From Gemmatimonadales bacterium (GTDB lineage: Bacteria; Gemmatimonadota; Gemmatimonadetes; Gemmatimonadales; GWC2-71-9): a stretch of 64,000 nucleotides of DNA. Shown one piece after another: positions 48,117 to 58,960 of the stretch (position 1 is its first letter; every line of letters begins with the position of its first letter). Position numbers and translations under genes: made by a program. The stretch lies in the NCBI GenBank assembly GCA_041390205.1, contig JAWKQJ010000007.1, positions 27,777 to 91,776 of the forward strand. The letters run 5' to 3'. The notes beneath the pieces are model-generated. The model was not told the DNA's origin. It saw nothing but the letters and a program-made list of their open reading frames with translations, and did no database searches.

Positions 48117-49478
48117 ATGAGGTCGCTGGCGACACGCTGGGCCACCGTCGGAGCGCTGTGTGGACTGGCCGGCTGCGGCGGAGGTCGCGGCCCGGAGGGC
48201 ACCCCGGCGGCGCAAACCGATCAGACCCTGTCGCAGCTGTTCAACCTCGGCGCGGTGTACCAGCGGATGGGGCGACTCGCGTCGACCGGCTCCCTCCAGT
48301 TCGTCGGCAACCTCGCCTACCTCGCCGGCCCCGCCGACTCCACCAACCTCGTCGTCGGACTCTCCTTCGAGAACCGGGCGCTCTCCTTCCAGCGAGACGC
48401 CGGCAGCTTCGCCGCCCGCTACCGGGTCGAGGTCACCCTCGCGCGATCGGTGGGCGACCCGATCCAGGTGGCTCGGAACGAGATCGTCCGGGTGCCGACC
48501 TTTCAGGAGACCCAGCGCGGCGACGAGTCGATCTTCTTCCAGCAGAAGTTCCTCCTCGAGACCGGCCCGTACACCTTGCGGGTCGTGGTGCGGGATCCGA
48601 CCTCGACCAGCGTCGGTCAGGTGGAGCAGGCGATCACCGTCCCCGGCTTCCAGGCCGGATCGATCACGGCCCCGGTCATGGTCCACGAGGTCCTGCCGCG
48701 GCGCGCGGAGACGGACTCCGTCTACATGATTCTCAACCCGCGGGGCACCGTCGCGCACGGGGGCGCCGACACCCTGCTCCTCTACGTCGAGGCGAACGGA
48801 CTGAGCGGGCCGACCACGCTGCCCGTCGCGGTCACCGACGAGCAGGACAGCGTCGTCTACCGGACCGACGTCGACTTCTCCGGCGGGCGCTCGGTCGAGG
48901 GCCGGGTCATCCGGCTCGCCGCCGACGCGCCGCCGCTCGGCGAGCTGACGATCGCGGTGGGCGCCGGCGCGGACGCGAAGGTCACCAAGGCGCTGGTGTC
49001 CTTCGCGCGCGGCTGGGTGGTGACCAACTACGACAACCTGCTCACGCTGCTGCGCTTCTTCCCCTATCGGCCGGACCTCGTCTCCGCGATGCGCAACGCC
49101 CGGCCGGGCGACCGCCCCGCGCTCTGGCGCCGGTTCTGGATCGAGACCGACCCCGATCCGACGACGGGCGAGAACGAGGCCCTCAACACCTACTTCACGC
49201 GGATCGCGATCGCCAACGATCAGTTCCGCGACGAGGGCGGCGAGGGATGGCGGACCGATCGCGGCGAGGTGTTCATCACCCTCGGCCATCCGGACCAGGC
49301 CTACGAGTCGCCCCCGGGCAACGACCGCCGCTACGTTCGCTGGGTCTACAACCAGTATCAGGCGATCATCGACTTCGAGGGCACGCTCGGCTTCTCGCGG
49401 CTGCGGTTGACGACTCAGTCCAGGGCCGAGTTCGCGCGCGCGCGCGCCCAGCTCCTCCGCGAGCCCCCGCGGCGCTGA
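48117..49478 (+). CDS. GWxTD-domain lipoprotein
   Basis: Lipobox LAGCGG after the ATG at 48117. C-terminal GWRTDRGEVFITLGHPD motif. Confidence 0.8.
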   Translation: MRSLATRWATVGALCGLAGCGGGRGPEGTPAAQTDQTLSQLFNLGAVYQRMGRLASTGSLQFVGNLAYLAGPADSTNLVVGLSFENRALSFQRDAGSFAARYRVEVTLARSVGDPIQVARNEIVRVPTFQETQRGDESIFFQQKFLLETGPYTLRVVVRDPTSTSVGQVEQAITVPGFQAGSITAPVMVHEVLPRRAETDSVYMILNPRGTVAHGGADTLLLYVEANGLSGPTTLPVAVTDEQDSVVYRTDVDFSGGRSVEGRVIRLAADAPPLGELTIAVGAGADAKVTKALVSFARGWVVTNYDNLLTLLRFFPYRPDLVSAMRNARPGDRPALWRRFWIETDPDPTTGENEALNTYFTRIAIANDQFRDEGGEGWRTDRGEVFITLGHPDQAYESPPGNDRRYVRWVYNQYQAIIDFEGTLGFSRLRLTTQSRAEFARARAQLLREPPRR

Positions 49479-49482
49479 CCCG

Positions 49483-52263
49483 TTGACCGCGCGCGAGCGG
49501 CCTCGCCTCTTCCTGATCGACGGCCACGCGCTGATCTACCGCGCGTTCTTCGCGCTCATCAGCCGTCCCCTGCGCACCTCCCGCGGCGAGAACACCTCGG
49601 CCGCCTGGGGCGTCGTCAACTTCCTGCTCCGGCTGCGCGAGCGCTATCACCCCGACTACGTCGCCTGGGTGCTCGATGCCGGCGACTCGCACCGCCGGGC
49701 GATCTATCCCGAGTACAAGTCGACCCGGGAGAAGCTCGACGCCGAGTTGCAGCAGGACTTCGACCTGGCGCTCGAGCAGGTGCGCGCTCTGCTCGAGGCC
49801 TTTCGGATCCCGGTGGTGACCGTGCCCGGGTTCGAAGCGGACGACGTGATCGGCACCCTCGCGGCCCGTGAGGCCGCCGCCGATCTGCAGGTGGTGATCG
49901 TCTCCGGCGACAAGGACTTCTATCAGCTGATCCGGCCCGGCGTGGCGCTCCTCAATCCGGGTCGGGGCGGCCCGGCCGGGGTCGACGAGCAGTGGGTCGA
50001 CGAGTCGAACGCCGCGGAGCGTCTCGGCGTGCCGCCGCGCCAGGTGATCGATTTCCTCTCGCTGGTCGGCGACAGCTCGGACAACGTGCCGGGCGTGCGC
50101 GGCGTGGGCGAGAAGACCGCGACGAAGCTGCTGGAGGCCTACGACGACCTCGACGCCATCCTCGCCCACGCCGCGGAGGTGAGCGGCAAGCGGGCTCGGG
50201 AGGCGCTCCTCGCGGAGGCCGACAACGCCCGGCTCTCCAAGACGCTGGTCACCATCCGGACCGACGTGCCGGTGGACTTCGAGCTCGATGCGGCCAAGGT
50301 GCGCGAGCCGGACGGGCCGGCGCTCCTGTCCGCGTTGACCAAGTTCGAGTTCCACTCCCTGGTTTCCCGATTGCAGAGCGAGTTCGAGGGCGCGGTGCCC
50401 ACGACCGGCGATGCCTCGCCGGTGGCCGAGCCGGTCGGGGAGACGACGGTGGTGGACGACCCGGCGGATCTGACGCCGATGCTCGAGGCCCTGCGATCGG
50501 CCGGGTCGGTGGCGATCAAGGCGGTCGCCGTGGGGGCGGCGCCTCGCGACGCCGAGCTGGTGGGGCTCGCCTTCGCGACCGACGAGGCCGCCTGGTATCT
50601 GCCGCTCGGGCATCGGCCGCGGGACGGCGAGCTGGCTGCGCCCGAGCCGATTCGGAATCTCGACCTCGCCGGAGCGGCTCTCGAGCCGCTCCGGGAGTAT
50701 CTCGGCGACCCGGGCGGGTCCAAGATCGGGCACGACCTCAAGCTCGACTGGGAGCTCCTGAGGGGCGCCGGCGTCGAGCTCGGGGGCGGCACCTTCGACA
50801 CGATGCTCGCGAGCTTCGTGCTGGACCCGGGTCGCCGATCCCACGACCTGGCCACGCTCTCGCTGGATCACCTCGGCCGGGGTTTGCCGGCGGATCCGTG
50901 CGCGACGGGCAAGGGACGGCCCGACCTGCCGATCGCCGTGGTCCCGGTCGACGAGGCGGCGGCCTATTTCGGAGCCGCGGTGCGCACGATGATCGCGCTG
51001 CACGACTTCCTGACTCCGCGGCTGGAGCAGACCGAGCTCGCCCCGCTGCTCGCGAACGTCGAGATCCCGCTGATCGCGGTGCTGGTGGACATGGAGTGGA
51101 GGGGCATCGCGATCGATCGAGCCGTGTTCGACCGGCTCTCTCGGGAGCTGACCACCGACCTGGTCCGACTCGAGGCCGAGATCGCCAAGGCCGCCGGCGG
51201 GTCGTTCAATCTGAACAGCCCGAAGCAGCTGGCCGGGGTGCTCTTCGAGAAGCTCCAGCTGCCGGTGGTGAAGAAGACCAAGACGGGCCCCTCGACCGAC
51301 GCCGACGTGCTCGAGCAGCTGGCCGCGATGGGACACGACGTGCCTCGACTGCTGCTCGAGTACCGCGAGCTGCAGAAGCTGCGGTCGACCTACGTCGACG
51401 TGCTCCCGGCCAGGACCAGCCCGCGCACCGGGCGAATCCACACGACCTTCAACCAGACCGGCGCGGCCACCGGCCGGCTGTCCTCCTCGGATCCGAATCT
51501 CCAGAACATCCCGATTCGAACGGCGCGCGGCGAGGAGATTCGGCGGGGCTTCGTCCCGACCGACGGCTTTCGCTTCGTCGTGGCCGACTACTCGCAGATC
51601 GAGCTGCGGCTGATGGCCCACTTCTCCGGCGATCCGGCGTTCGTCGAGGCCTTCCAGCGGGGTGGAGACATCCACCGTCAGACCGCGGCCGTGATCTTCG
51701 GCGTCGAGGTCGACGACGTGACGGCCGAGATGCGGGCGCGGGCCAAGACCATCAACTTCGCGACCATCTACGGACAGGGACCCTTCGCCTTGAGCCGCCA
51801 GCTCGGGATCCCGATGGACGAGGCGAAGGCGTTCATCTCCCAGTACTTCGAGCGGTTCGCCGGGGTGCGGGCCTATCTCGACGGTCAGATCGCGCTCGCC
51901 CGGCGCCAGGGCTACGTCGAGACCCTGTTCAAGCGGCGGCGGTACATCCCGGAGATCAAGGACAAGAACTTCAACACCCGGTCGTTCGGAGAGCGCCTGA
52001 GTCAGAACTCGCCGCTCCAGGGCTCGGCCGCCGATCTGATCAAGATCGCGATGGCGCGGATTCACGACGGGCTCCGCGAGCAGGGCGGCGGCGGACGACT
52101 CCTGCTGCAGGTCCACGACGAGCTGGTCCTCGAAGCGCCGGCCGACCAGGTGGACGCGGTCGCCGCGATCGTCCGGCGTCACATGGAGGGCGCCGCCCAG
52201 CTCCAGGTGCCGCTCGTGGTCGACATCGGGATCGGCGACAACTGGCTGGACGCGAAGCGCTGA
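49483..52263 (+). CDS. polA: DNA polymerase I
   Basis: TTG start. 5'-nuclease domain (LIDGHALIYRAFFA), 3'-5' exonuclease-like domain, and polymerase motifs DYSQIELR, KTINFATIYG, QVHDELV. Confidence 0.95.
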   Translation: MTARERPRLFLIDGHALIYRAFFALISRPLRTSRGENTSAAWGVVNFLLRLRERYHPDYVAWVLDAGDSHRRAIYPEYKSTREKLDAELQQDFDLALEQVRALLEAFRIPVVTVPGFEADDVIGTLAAREAAADLQVVIVSGDKDFYQLIRPGVALLNPGRGGPAGVDEQWVDESNAAERLGVPPRQVIDFLSLVGDSSDNVPGVRGVGEKTATKLLEAYDDLDAILAHAAEVSGKRAREALLAEADNARLSKTLVTIRTDVPVDFELDAAKVREPDGPALLSALTKFEFHSLVSRLQSEFEGAVPTTGDASPVAEPVGETTVVDDPADLTPMLEALRSAGSVAIKAVAVGAAPRDAELVGLAFATDEAAWYLPLGHRPRDGELAAPEPIRNLDLAGAALEPLREYLGDPGGSKIGHDLKLDWELLRGAGVELGGGTFDTMLASFVLDPGRRSHDLATLSLDHLGRGLPADPCATGKGRPDLPIAVVPVDEAAAYFGAAVRTMIALHDFLTPRLEQTELAPLLANVEIPLIAVLVDMEWRGIAIDRAVFDRLSRELTTDLVRLEAEIAKAAGGSFNLNSPKQLAGVLFEKLQLPVVKKTKTGPSTDADVLEQLAAMGHDVPRLLLEYRELQKLRSTYVDVLPARTSPRTGRIHTTFNQTGAATGRLSSSDPNLQNIPIRTARGEEIRRGFVPTDGFRFVVADYSQIELRLMAHFSGDPAFVEAFQRGGDIHRQTAAVIFGVEVDDVTAEMRARAKTINFATIYGQGPFALSRQLGIPMDEAKAFISQYFERFAGVRAYLDGQIALARRQGYVETLFKRRRYIPEIKDKNFNTRSFGERLSQNSPLQGSAADLIKIAMARIHDGLREQGGGGRLLLQVHDELVLEAPADQVDAVAAIVRRHMEGAAQLQVPLVVDIGIGDNWLDAKR

Positions 52264-52264
52264 G

Positions 52265-54544
52265 CTAGTCGGCCTCGGGTGGCGGATGGCCCCGCCGGTC
52301 GAGCCGCCGCCCGCCCGGCCACCAGTTCCACCGTCCCATCAGCTGCATGAAGGCGGGCACCAGCACCATCCGGATCACGGTGGCGTCGAGCAGGACCGCG
52401 ACCGCCAGCCCGAAGCCCAGGAACTGCATCACCAGGACCCGGGCGAACGCGAAGGCGCCGAACACCGAGATCATGATCAGCGCCGCCGAGGTGATCACCG
52501 ACGCGGTCGCGCTCAGGCCCTCCATCGTGGCTTCGGTATTCCGGCCCGTGCGATCGAAGACCTCCTTCATCCGGCTCAGCAGGAAGACCTCGTAGTCCAT
52601 GCTGAGACCGAACACCACCGCGAAGACCAGCACCGGCACCACCACGAAAATCGCTTCGGTCGCGCCGTCGAGTCGCAGGAACTCGGCCCCGAAGCCGAAT
52701 TGGAACACCAGCACGATCAACCCGAACGTGGCCGTGACCGAGAGGGAGTTCATCACCACGGCCTTGAGCGGCACGAGCACCGAGCGGAACGCGATCGCCA
52801 GCATCAGCGCCGTGGCGCCCAGGACCAGCGTGATGAGGAGCGGGAATTGGGCCAGCTGCTCGTCCTGGCTGTCGACCGCGGCCGCGACGTAGCCTCCGAC
52901 CGAGACGGTCGCGGTCGCGAGCTGGCGGATCTGGCCGTCGGCGCCGATCCGTCGAATGTCGCGGACCAGGTCCATCGTGGTCGTGAGTGAGGTCGAGTCC
53001 TGCGGGATCACGTCGACCAGCGTGGTTCGGGCGTCGGCGCTCAGGTACGCGTCCAGGAACTCGCCGTACTGCGCCCGGGCCGAATCCAGCTCGGCGTAGA
53101 GCAGCGAGTACCGGAGGATCGAGGTGTTGGGCTCGAGATCGACGATGCTCCGAACGTCCCGCACCCGGGGGTCGGCCCGGAGCGAATCGGAGAGGGCCCG
53201 GAGGCCCCGGAGGGAGACGGCACGAGTGGCGGACTCGCCCTCGGGCAGCTCGACCACCACCCTGATCGGCGTGACGTAGCCCGAGACTCCCATCTCGCTC
53301 AGGGTCGTGAGCCCCGCGCCGGCCTCCACCTGCGTGGGCCACCAGTTGCGGGCAGGCAGGCCGATCCGGATCAGGAAGAGCGGCGCGGACAGCGTCGCGA
53401 CGATCACCCCGCCCACCACGATCGCCTGGTAGGGGTGTCGGGCCAGCCATCGGGCCCACTTCTCCCACACCTGCGGCGCATGGTACCAGGCGAGCTTCCG
53501 CGCCAGCCACTTGGGACGGTCGATCGTCCGGCCGAGGGTCGCGAGCAGCGCGGGCAGGAGGGTCACGCAGAGCAGCACCGCCACGCCGACCACGATCAAA
53601 CCACCCAGACCGACGCTCCTGGTCTCCACCAGCGGCGTGAGCAGGAGGGCGCTGAAGCCGACCACGACCGTGAGGCCGGAGTTGACCACCGCGACGCCGG
53701 CCGTCATCAGGGTGCGGACCGCCGCCTCCCTGCGGCGGAGACCCCGACTCAATTCCTCGCGAAACCGGGTCACCATCAGCAGCGAGTAGTCGATTCCGAC
53801 CCCCAACCCGACCATCGTGGTGAGGTTGAGGAGGAACACCGACATCGGCGTGACTCTCGCCACCAGTTCCCATGACGGTGAGCGACACCGCGGCGGCCAG
53901 CATCCCCGTCACCAAGGTGGCACCACGGTCGCCACCAGGGCGCCGAAGGCGAGGATCAGGATCACCAGCGCGAGATCGCGCACCCGGAGCTCGAGCGGCG
54001 GCGTCCTCGGCGCTGGACGGCGCGGACGTCGAGATCGAGCGGAGCGCGGCCCGTGACTCGAAGCCGATAGCCGGCCGGTTGGGCACCTGGGCGAGGGCGT
54101 TCGCCATCGCCTGGCGGATTCGGGCCACCTGTTCCCGGCCGACTCGCCGTCGATTGCGAGCGACGCCAGGAAGAACGTGGTCCGTTCGTCCGAGCCGAGG
54201 AACAGCGAGTCTTCCCTGGTGAGCCAGGAGACCACGGTCTGCACGTGCGGCTGCCGGGCCGCGGTCCGGGTCAGGGAGTCGAGCACCGCCCGCGCGGGTC
54301 CGGCCCGGAACGAGGTCGGCCCCTCGAGGATGACTGCAAAGAACTCACCGAAGGGCCGACCGAAGCGCTCCGTCAGCAGCCGATCGGCGCGCCGGGCCTC
54401 GCTCTCGGTTTCGGAGCCCCCTCGAAGCGCCAGCAGCTCGGGCGTTTTCGGGGCCTGAGTGAAGGAGATGACCCCGATCACCAACCAGATGGCGATGACC
54501 ACCAGCCGCCAGCGGACCAGGGCGTGCGCGAACGCGGCGAGCAC
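52265..54544 (-). pseudogene. MMPL/RND-superfamily transporter, multiple frame changes between ~53860 and ~54130
   Basis: The N-terminus (ORF 53909-54544) and C-terminal 532 aa (ORF 52265-53863, GIDYSLLMVTRFREE, second SSD half) are intact. The connecting ~270 bp must be read in three alternating frames (ARIRQAMANALAQVP..., LELRVRDLALVILILAFGALVA, LVTGMLAAAVSLTVMG). Confidence 0.8.
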
Positions 54545-54693
54545 TAGCCTAGCTCCATCTCGTGGCGGGGCAATTGATTCGCATGCTGGGGCGTTAGGGG
54601 GGAAACGCGCCCAATGTAGACCCGGCCCGAGTCAACCGCCAGGACGGGCATCGTCCTCGCAACTAGGCGTCGATATTGCAGTTGCGCAGCCCC

Positions 54694-55575
54694 ATGTCGC
54701 GGGTCCTCCTGTTCCTGCTGCTGGGCCTGGTCGGGCTGGTGGTGGTCGAGCGCCTTTCGGGCGAAGCCGAAACCGGCTCTCTGGCCCCACCCGAGGCCGC
54801 GACCCCGGTGCCCGAGCCGGTGGCCGCGGGTACGCCGCAAAGAATTGCACCATCGGCAGCGCCAGCGCCGGCCCCTCGGCCGGCGCCGTCGGAGCCGACC
54901 GGGCCGGTCGACGACGAGCCCGAGAGGACCCTCGACGCCCCCTTCGTCGAAGGCGCGCCCGCCGGGAGCGGCCCGAGCCGGACCCCGACCATCGAGCGGA
55001 TGGCCCGCCTCGAGAGCCGGCGCCGGCTCTTCCAATCGGCCCGGGACACCTACATCGATTCGCTGCTCGTCACCGTGGACTCGGTGGTGCGCCGATGGCC
55101 GGCCCGCCGGCAGCCGCTCTCGGTGTTCGCCACCATGCCGGACTCGCTCCGGGGGCAGACCGCTCGGGCGCACCGGGCGGTCGAGCTGGCGATGGGTCGT
55201 TGGGCGGCGCTCTCCCTGGGCGTCACCTTCCGCTGGGCCACCGACAGCGCGGATGCCGACATTCGCGTGTCCTGGATCACGAAGTTCGAGAGCGATCGGA
55301 GCGGCCAGGCGGAGATCCTCTTCGACCACCGGGGGGTGATCCGTCACGCCACCGTCACCCTCGCGTTCAGAGATCCGCGCGGGGCGCCGCTCAACGACGA
55401 GGAGCTCGGGATCGTCGCCACCCACGAGCTGGGGCACGCGCTGGGTCTCCCCCATTCGAGCCGCTCCAGCGACATCATGTTCCCGACCAGCTCCGCCACG
55501 GCCATCTCCCGGCGCGACCGGGCCACGGCGGTGCTGATGTATTCTCTGGTTCCGGGGTCCCTCCGGCTGCCCTAG
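54694..55575 (+). CDS. Matrixin-like (M10) zinc metalloprotease
   Basis: HELGHALGLPHS (HExxHxxGxxH), N-terminal TM/signal, Pro/Ala-rich linker. An upstream TTG at 54676 is also possible. Confidence 0.75.
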   Translation: MSRVLLFLLLGLVGLVVVERLSGEAETGSLAPPEAATPVPEPVAAGTPQRIAPSAAPAPAPRPAPSEPTGPVDDEPERTLDAPFVEGAPAGSGPSRTPTIERMARLESRRRLFQSARDTYIDSLLVTVDSVVRRWPARRQPLSVFATMPDSLRGQTARAHRAVELAMGRWAALSLGVTFRWATDSADADIRVSWITKFESDRSGQAEILFDHRGVIRHATVTLAFRDPRGAPLNDEELGIVATHELGHALGLPHSSRSSDIMFPTSSATAISRRDRATAVLMYSLVPGSLRLP

Positions 55576-55628
55576 GTCCCTGCTTTACCGCCCACCCCGC
55601 CGCCGATAGGTTCCTGCGGTATCTCGGA

Positions 55629-55937
55629 ATGGAGCCGCGGATGGTAACCGCCGACAGCGTGCGCAAGGCGCTTCGCGCCGTCAAAGATCCGGAGCTGGGC
55701 CTGAACATCATCGACCTCGGTCTGGTCTACGAGGTGGAGGTGTCGGAGGCCAACGACGTGGTGGTCAAGATGACCCTCACCTCCCCGGGGTGTCCGGCCG
55801 GGCCGGAGATCATGGAGGACGCCCGCCTCGTGGTCCAGCAGATGGAAGGCGTCAACAGCGCCACCATCGAGCTCGTGTGGGAGCCCTACTGGACGCCCGA
55901 GAAGATGGATCCCCGCGTCCGCGCCTTCCTCGGCTGA
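55629..55937 (+). CDS. DUF59/SufT-like Fe-S assembly protein
   Basis: VKDPELGLNIIDLGLVY...MTLTSPGCPAG motif. Confidence 0.8.
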   Translation: MEPRMVTADSVRKALRAVKDPELGLNIIDLGLVYEVEVSEANDVVVKMTLTSPGCPAGPEIMEDARLVVQQMEGVNSATIELVWEPYWTPEKMDPRVRAFLG

Positions 55938-55940
55938 AGC

Positions 55941-57080
55941 CTAGCGCCCCGGGGCGAGCGCCCGCAGCACCTCGGCCCCGAACGCCGCCACCTGCCAGCG
56001 GCGAATCCCCGGCAGGGACCCGAGCGCCTCCAACGACGTGGGCTCGCTCCTGGCGATCGTCTCGAGGGTGGCGTTCGGACAGAGCACCCCGGGCGCGAGA
56101 CCGAAGCGGGTCACCAGCTCGTTCCGGAGGGTCTTGAGCCGCTCCAACCGCTGCTCGAACTCCGGGTCCGGCTTCGGACGCCGGCTCTTGGGGAATCTCG
56201 GCAGCGCGTCGTCCCTCACGGCACGGCCCCGCTCGATCGCCGCGAGCAGCGCGTCGCCCCGGGTCGCGACCAGCTCCCGCCCCAGCCCCTTCACCTTCCC
56301 CAGCGCCTCGCGCGTCGTCGGCGGGTTCGCCGAAAGCGCCAGCAGCGTCTCGTTGCCGACCACCCGGAAGAGGGCTCGATCGAGCTCCGCGGCGACCGCC
56401 TCGCGCCACGCGAAGATCTGCTGGAGCACCGCGAGCCCGCGGGGATCCAGCGCGCGAGCGCCCTTCATCCGAAGCGCCGCGGACTCGGCGGGCTCCGGCG
56501 GCGCCCACTCCACCGAGGTCAGCAGCCGGCACTCCTCCTCGACCCACTCGAGCCGGCCGGCCGCCTCGAGCCCGGATCGGAGCCGGTCGCGGAGTGCCGC
56601 CAGATGGCGGGTGTCGGTCGCCGCGTACTCGATCATCGGCGGCGTCAGCGGGCGGGTGGACCAGTCGGCTCGCTGGAACCGCTTGTCGGTGGCCACCCCG
56701 AAGAACTTCTGCAGGAGACTGCCGAGGCCGATGGCCGGCTCGTTGAGGAACTGGGCCGCGATCCGGGTATCGAAGAGGCCGCGGACCCGGTAGCCGTATT
56801 CGTGGTAGAGCAGCCGGAGGTCGTAGTCGCCGTCGTGGAAGACGAGCTCGGTCTCGCGGCTCTCGAGCAGGCGATCGAAGCCGGGGAGACCGCCGACCGC
56901 GAGGGGATCGACCACGAAGGTCCGGGTCGCCGAGGAGAGCTGGAGCAGGTAGACCCGATCGCGGTAACGATGAAAGCTGGCCGCTTCGGTGTCGATCCCG
57001 ACGACCGCCTCCCGGGCGAGCTCGGCGACGAGCGCCTCGAAGCGGGCGCGGTCCTGGACCAGCTCGACCGGGTCTACCAT
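55941..57080 (-). CDS. rnd: Ribonuclease D (DEDDy 3'-5' exonuclease + HRDC)
   Basis: VVGIDTEAASFHRY, FHDGDYDLRLL, YAATDTRHL, and a C-terminal HRDC-like region. Confidence 0.85.
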   Translation of the reverse strand: MVDPVELVQDRARFEALVAELAREAVVGIDTEAASFHRYRDRVYLLQLSSATRTFVVDPLAVGGLPGFDRLLESRETELVFHDGDYDLRLLYHEYGYRVRGLFDTRIAAQFLNEPAIGLGSLLQKFFGVATDKRFQRADWSTRPLTPPMIEYAATDTRHLAALRDRLRSGLEAAGRLEWVEEECRLLTSVEWAPPEPAESAALRMKGARALDPRGLAVLQQIFAWREAVAAELDRALFRVVGNETLLALSANPPTTREALGKVKGLGRELVATRGDALLAAIERGRAVRDDALPRFPKSRRPKPDPEFEQRLERLKTLRNELVTRFGLAPGVLCPNATLETIARSEPTSLEALGSLPGIRRWQVAAFGAEVLRALAPGR

Positions 57081-57241
57081 CGCTGTCGGAGTCGGTCGGG
57101 GTCGGCCGGGCGGATCGGCAACGGAAGGGTGTCACGGGCGGTGGAGACGACGGCGCGCATCAGGGCCCAAAGGTAGCGACACCCGAGCGCCCGGGCGTAG
57201 TATTCGAGCGAGCAGCACCCCATTCAGATCGGGGCCCCTGC

Positions 57242-58447
57242 GTGGACGACCTCGAAGTCGAGCTGACCGTCAACCCGGACGATTGCGACGCGTCAGGCCT
57301 GGTGGGCCATGGCGCCTTTCTGCGTCTGTTCGAGCGCGCGCGCTGGGACGCCTTCGCCGCCGGGCCGGGTGTCGACGTCTTCGCCCGCCAGGGCGGATGG
57401 CCGGTGGTGCGCCGGGGCGCCAACGAGTTTCACGCCCCGGTCCGCGCCGGCGAGCGACTCCGCTTCCAGATCGCGCTCACCCATCTCGGTCGAACCAGCT
57501 TCACCCTGCGCCAGACCGCCCGCCGGCAGACCGAAGACGTGGTCGTGGCGACGGTGGAGCACCTGTTCGTCTGCCTCGACTCGCAGGGACAGCCCCACCC
57601 CGTGCCGGAGGCGGTCGGCCGCTTCTTCAGCGCGGAACGGGCCGAGGAACCGATCGACCGGGTCACGGTGAACGGGGTGAGCCTGGCGATCGAGACGCGT
57701 GGCTCCGGCCCCGCGATCGTCTTTCTGCACGGCTTCCCGCTCGACCGGACGGTGTGGCGCCATCAATTCGACACGCTGACGGGGTACCGCCGGATCGCGC
57801 TCGACCTGCGAGGGATGGGCCAGTCGGATGCCCCGGACCTGGGCTATTCCATGGCGACCTACGCGGACGACCTCGCCGGCGTGCTCGACGCGCTGGGCGA
57901 GGATCGCGTGGTGCTCTGCGGCCTGTCGATGGGCGGGTACGTCGCCTTCGAGTTCCTGCGCCGATACCGGAACCGGGTGCGAGGGCTGGTCCTGATGGAC
58001 ACCCGTCCGGAGGCCGACAGCGCCGAAGGGCGGAGGGCCCGCGACAGCCTGATCGCCAAGGTTCGCGATCAGGGCGCGATCGCCGCGGCCGAAGCGATGC
58101 TGCCGCGGTTCTTCACGGCCACCGTCCCGCCGGAGATCATCCAGACGGTGCGCGAGATGATCATGCGGACGCCGGTCTCCGGCATCGTCGGCGCGCTGAG
58201 CGCGATGCGCGAGCGACCGGACAGCAGCCCGCTGCTGCCGACGTTGTCGGGGGTCCCGGCGCTCGTCGTCGTCGGGCAGGAGGACGTGATCACACCGCCT
58301 AACATCGCGCAAGCGATGGCAGCGGCGTTGCCGGAAGCGCGACTGATCGAGATCCCAGGTTCGGGACACATCCCATGCGTGGAACAGCCGGTGCCGACCA
58401 CGCGCGCGATCTTGAAGTTCTTACAAAGCCTGAAGCAATCGACGTGA
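57242..58447 (+). CDS. Fusion protein: 4HBT/YbgC-like acyl-CoA thioesterase + alpha/beta hydrolase
   Basis: N-terminal hotdog pattern (~130 aa), then IVFLHGFPLD, nucleophile elbow GLSMGG, and a C-terminal GSGHIP. Confidence 0.75.
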   Translation: MDDLEVELTVNPDDCDASGLVGHGAFLRLFERARWDAFAAGPGVDVFARQGGWPVVRRGANEFHAPVRAGERLRFQIALTHLGRTSFTLRQTARRQTEDVVVATVEHLFVCLDSQGQPHPVPEAVGRFFSAERAEEPIDRVTVNGVSLAIETRGSGPAIVFLHGFPLDRTVWRHQFDTLTGYRRIALDLRGMGQSDAPDLGYSMATYADDLAGVLDALGEDRVVLCGLSMGGYVAFEFLRRYRNRVRGLVLMDTRPEADSAEGRRARDSLIAKVRDQGAIAAAEAMLPRFFTATVPPEIIQTVREMIMRTPVSGIVGALSAMRERPDSSPLLPTLSGVPALVVVGQEDVITPPNIAQAMAAALPEARLIEIPGSGHIPCVEQPVPTTRAILKFLQSLKQST

Positions 58448-58546
58448 AACGATTCGGCGGGGTCGGGCGTCTATAGCTTTGGCGGCACCGATCCGATGTT
58501 CGTTTGGATCACCGCCATGCCTCATGCAGTCCCTCCATTCCCTGGG

Positions 58547-58575
58547 CTCCAGGGTCGGCGTCGCCGATCCTGGAG
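58547..58575 (+). terminator. 12-bp stem / 5-nt loop hairpin between convergent genes
   Basis: ctccagggtcgg-cgtcg-ccgatcctggag with one G-U pair, followed by a weak T-rich run (tgtttct). Confidence 0.35.
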
Positions 58576-58609
58576 CTGGGTGTTTCTGGGCCTGTCGGTG
58601 CGGGAGCGG

Positions 58610-58873
58610 CTAGCGGTTCGGCGGGCCGGGCGGGGTGTCCGAGTTGAAGATCTCGCGATTCTTCTCGATGTAGGTCGTGAGATTGTCCGGCACCTCTTCC
58701 TCCGGGAAGATCGCCGAGACCGGGCACTCGGGTTCGCAAGCCCCGCAGTCGATGCACTCGTCAGGGTGGATATAGAGCATATCCTCCCCTTCGTAGATGC
58801 AGTCGACCGGGCAGACGTCGACGCATGCCCGATCCTTGACTCCAATGCACGCCTCTGTGATGACGTACGTCAT
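58610..58873 (-). CDS. fdxA: Ferredoxin (FdxA-like, [4Fe-4S]/[3Fe-4S] type)
   Basis: [27 protein letters not shown]...[16 protein letters not shown]. Confidence 0.9.
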   Translation of the reverse strand: MTYVITEACIGVKDRACVDVCPVDCIYEGEDMLYIHPDECIDCGACEPECPVSAIFPEEEVPDNLTTYIEKNREIFNSDTPPGPPNR

Positions 58874-58960
58874 TGCCGGGGCTCCAAGTCCGTCGTTCGA
58901 GTCGGGCTCACAGTATCCGGCCGCCCCAGGCGGCGCAAGGGGCCCGGAGCGGCGAGCGGC

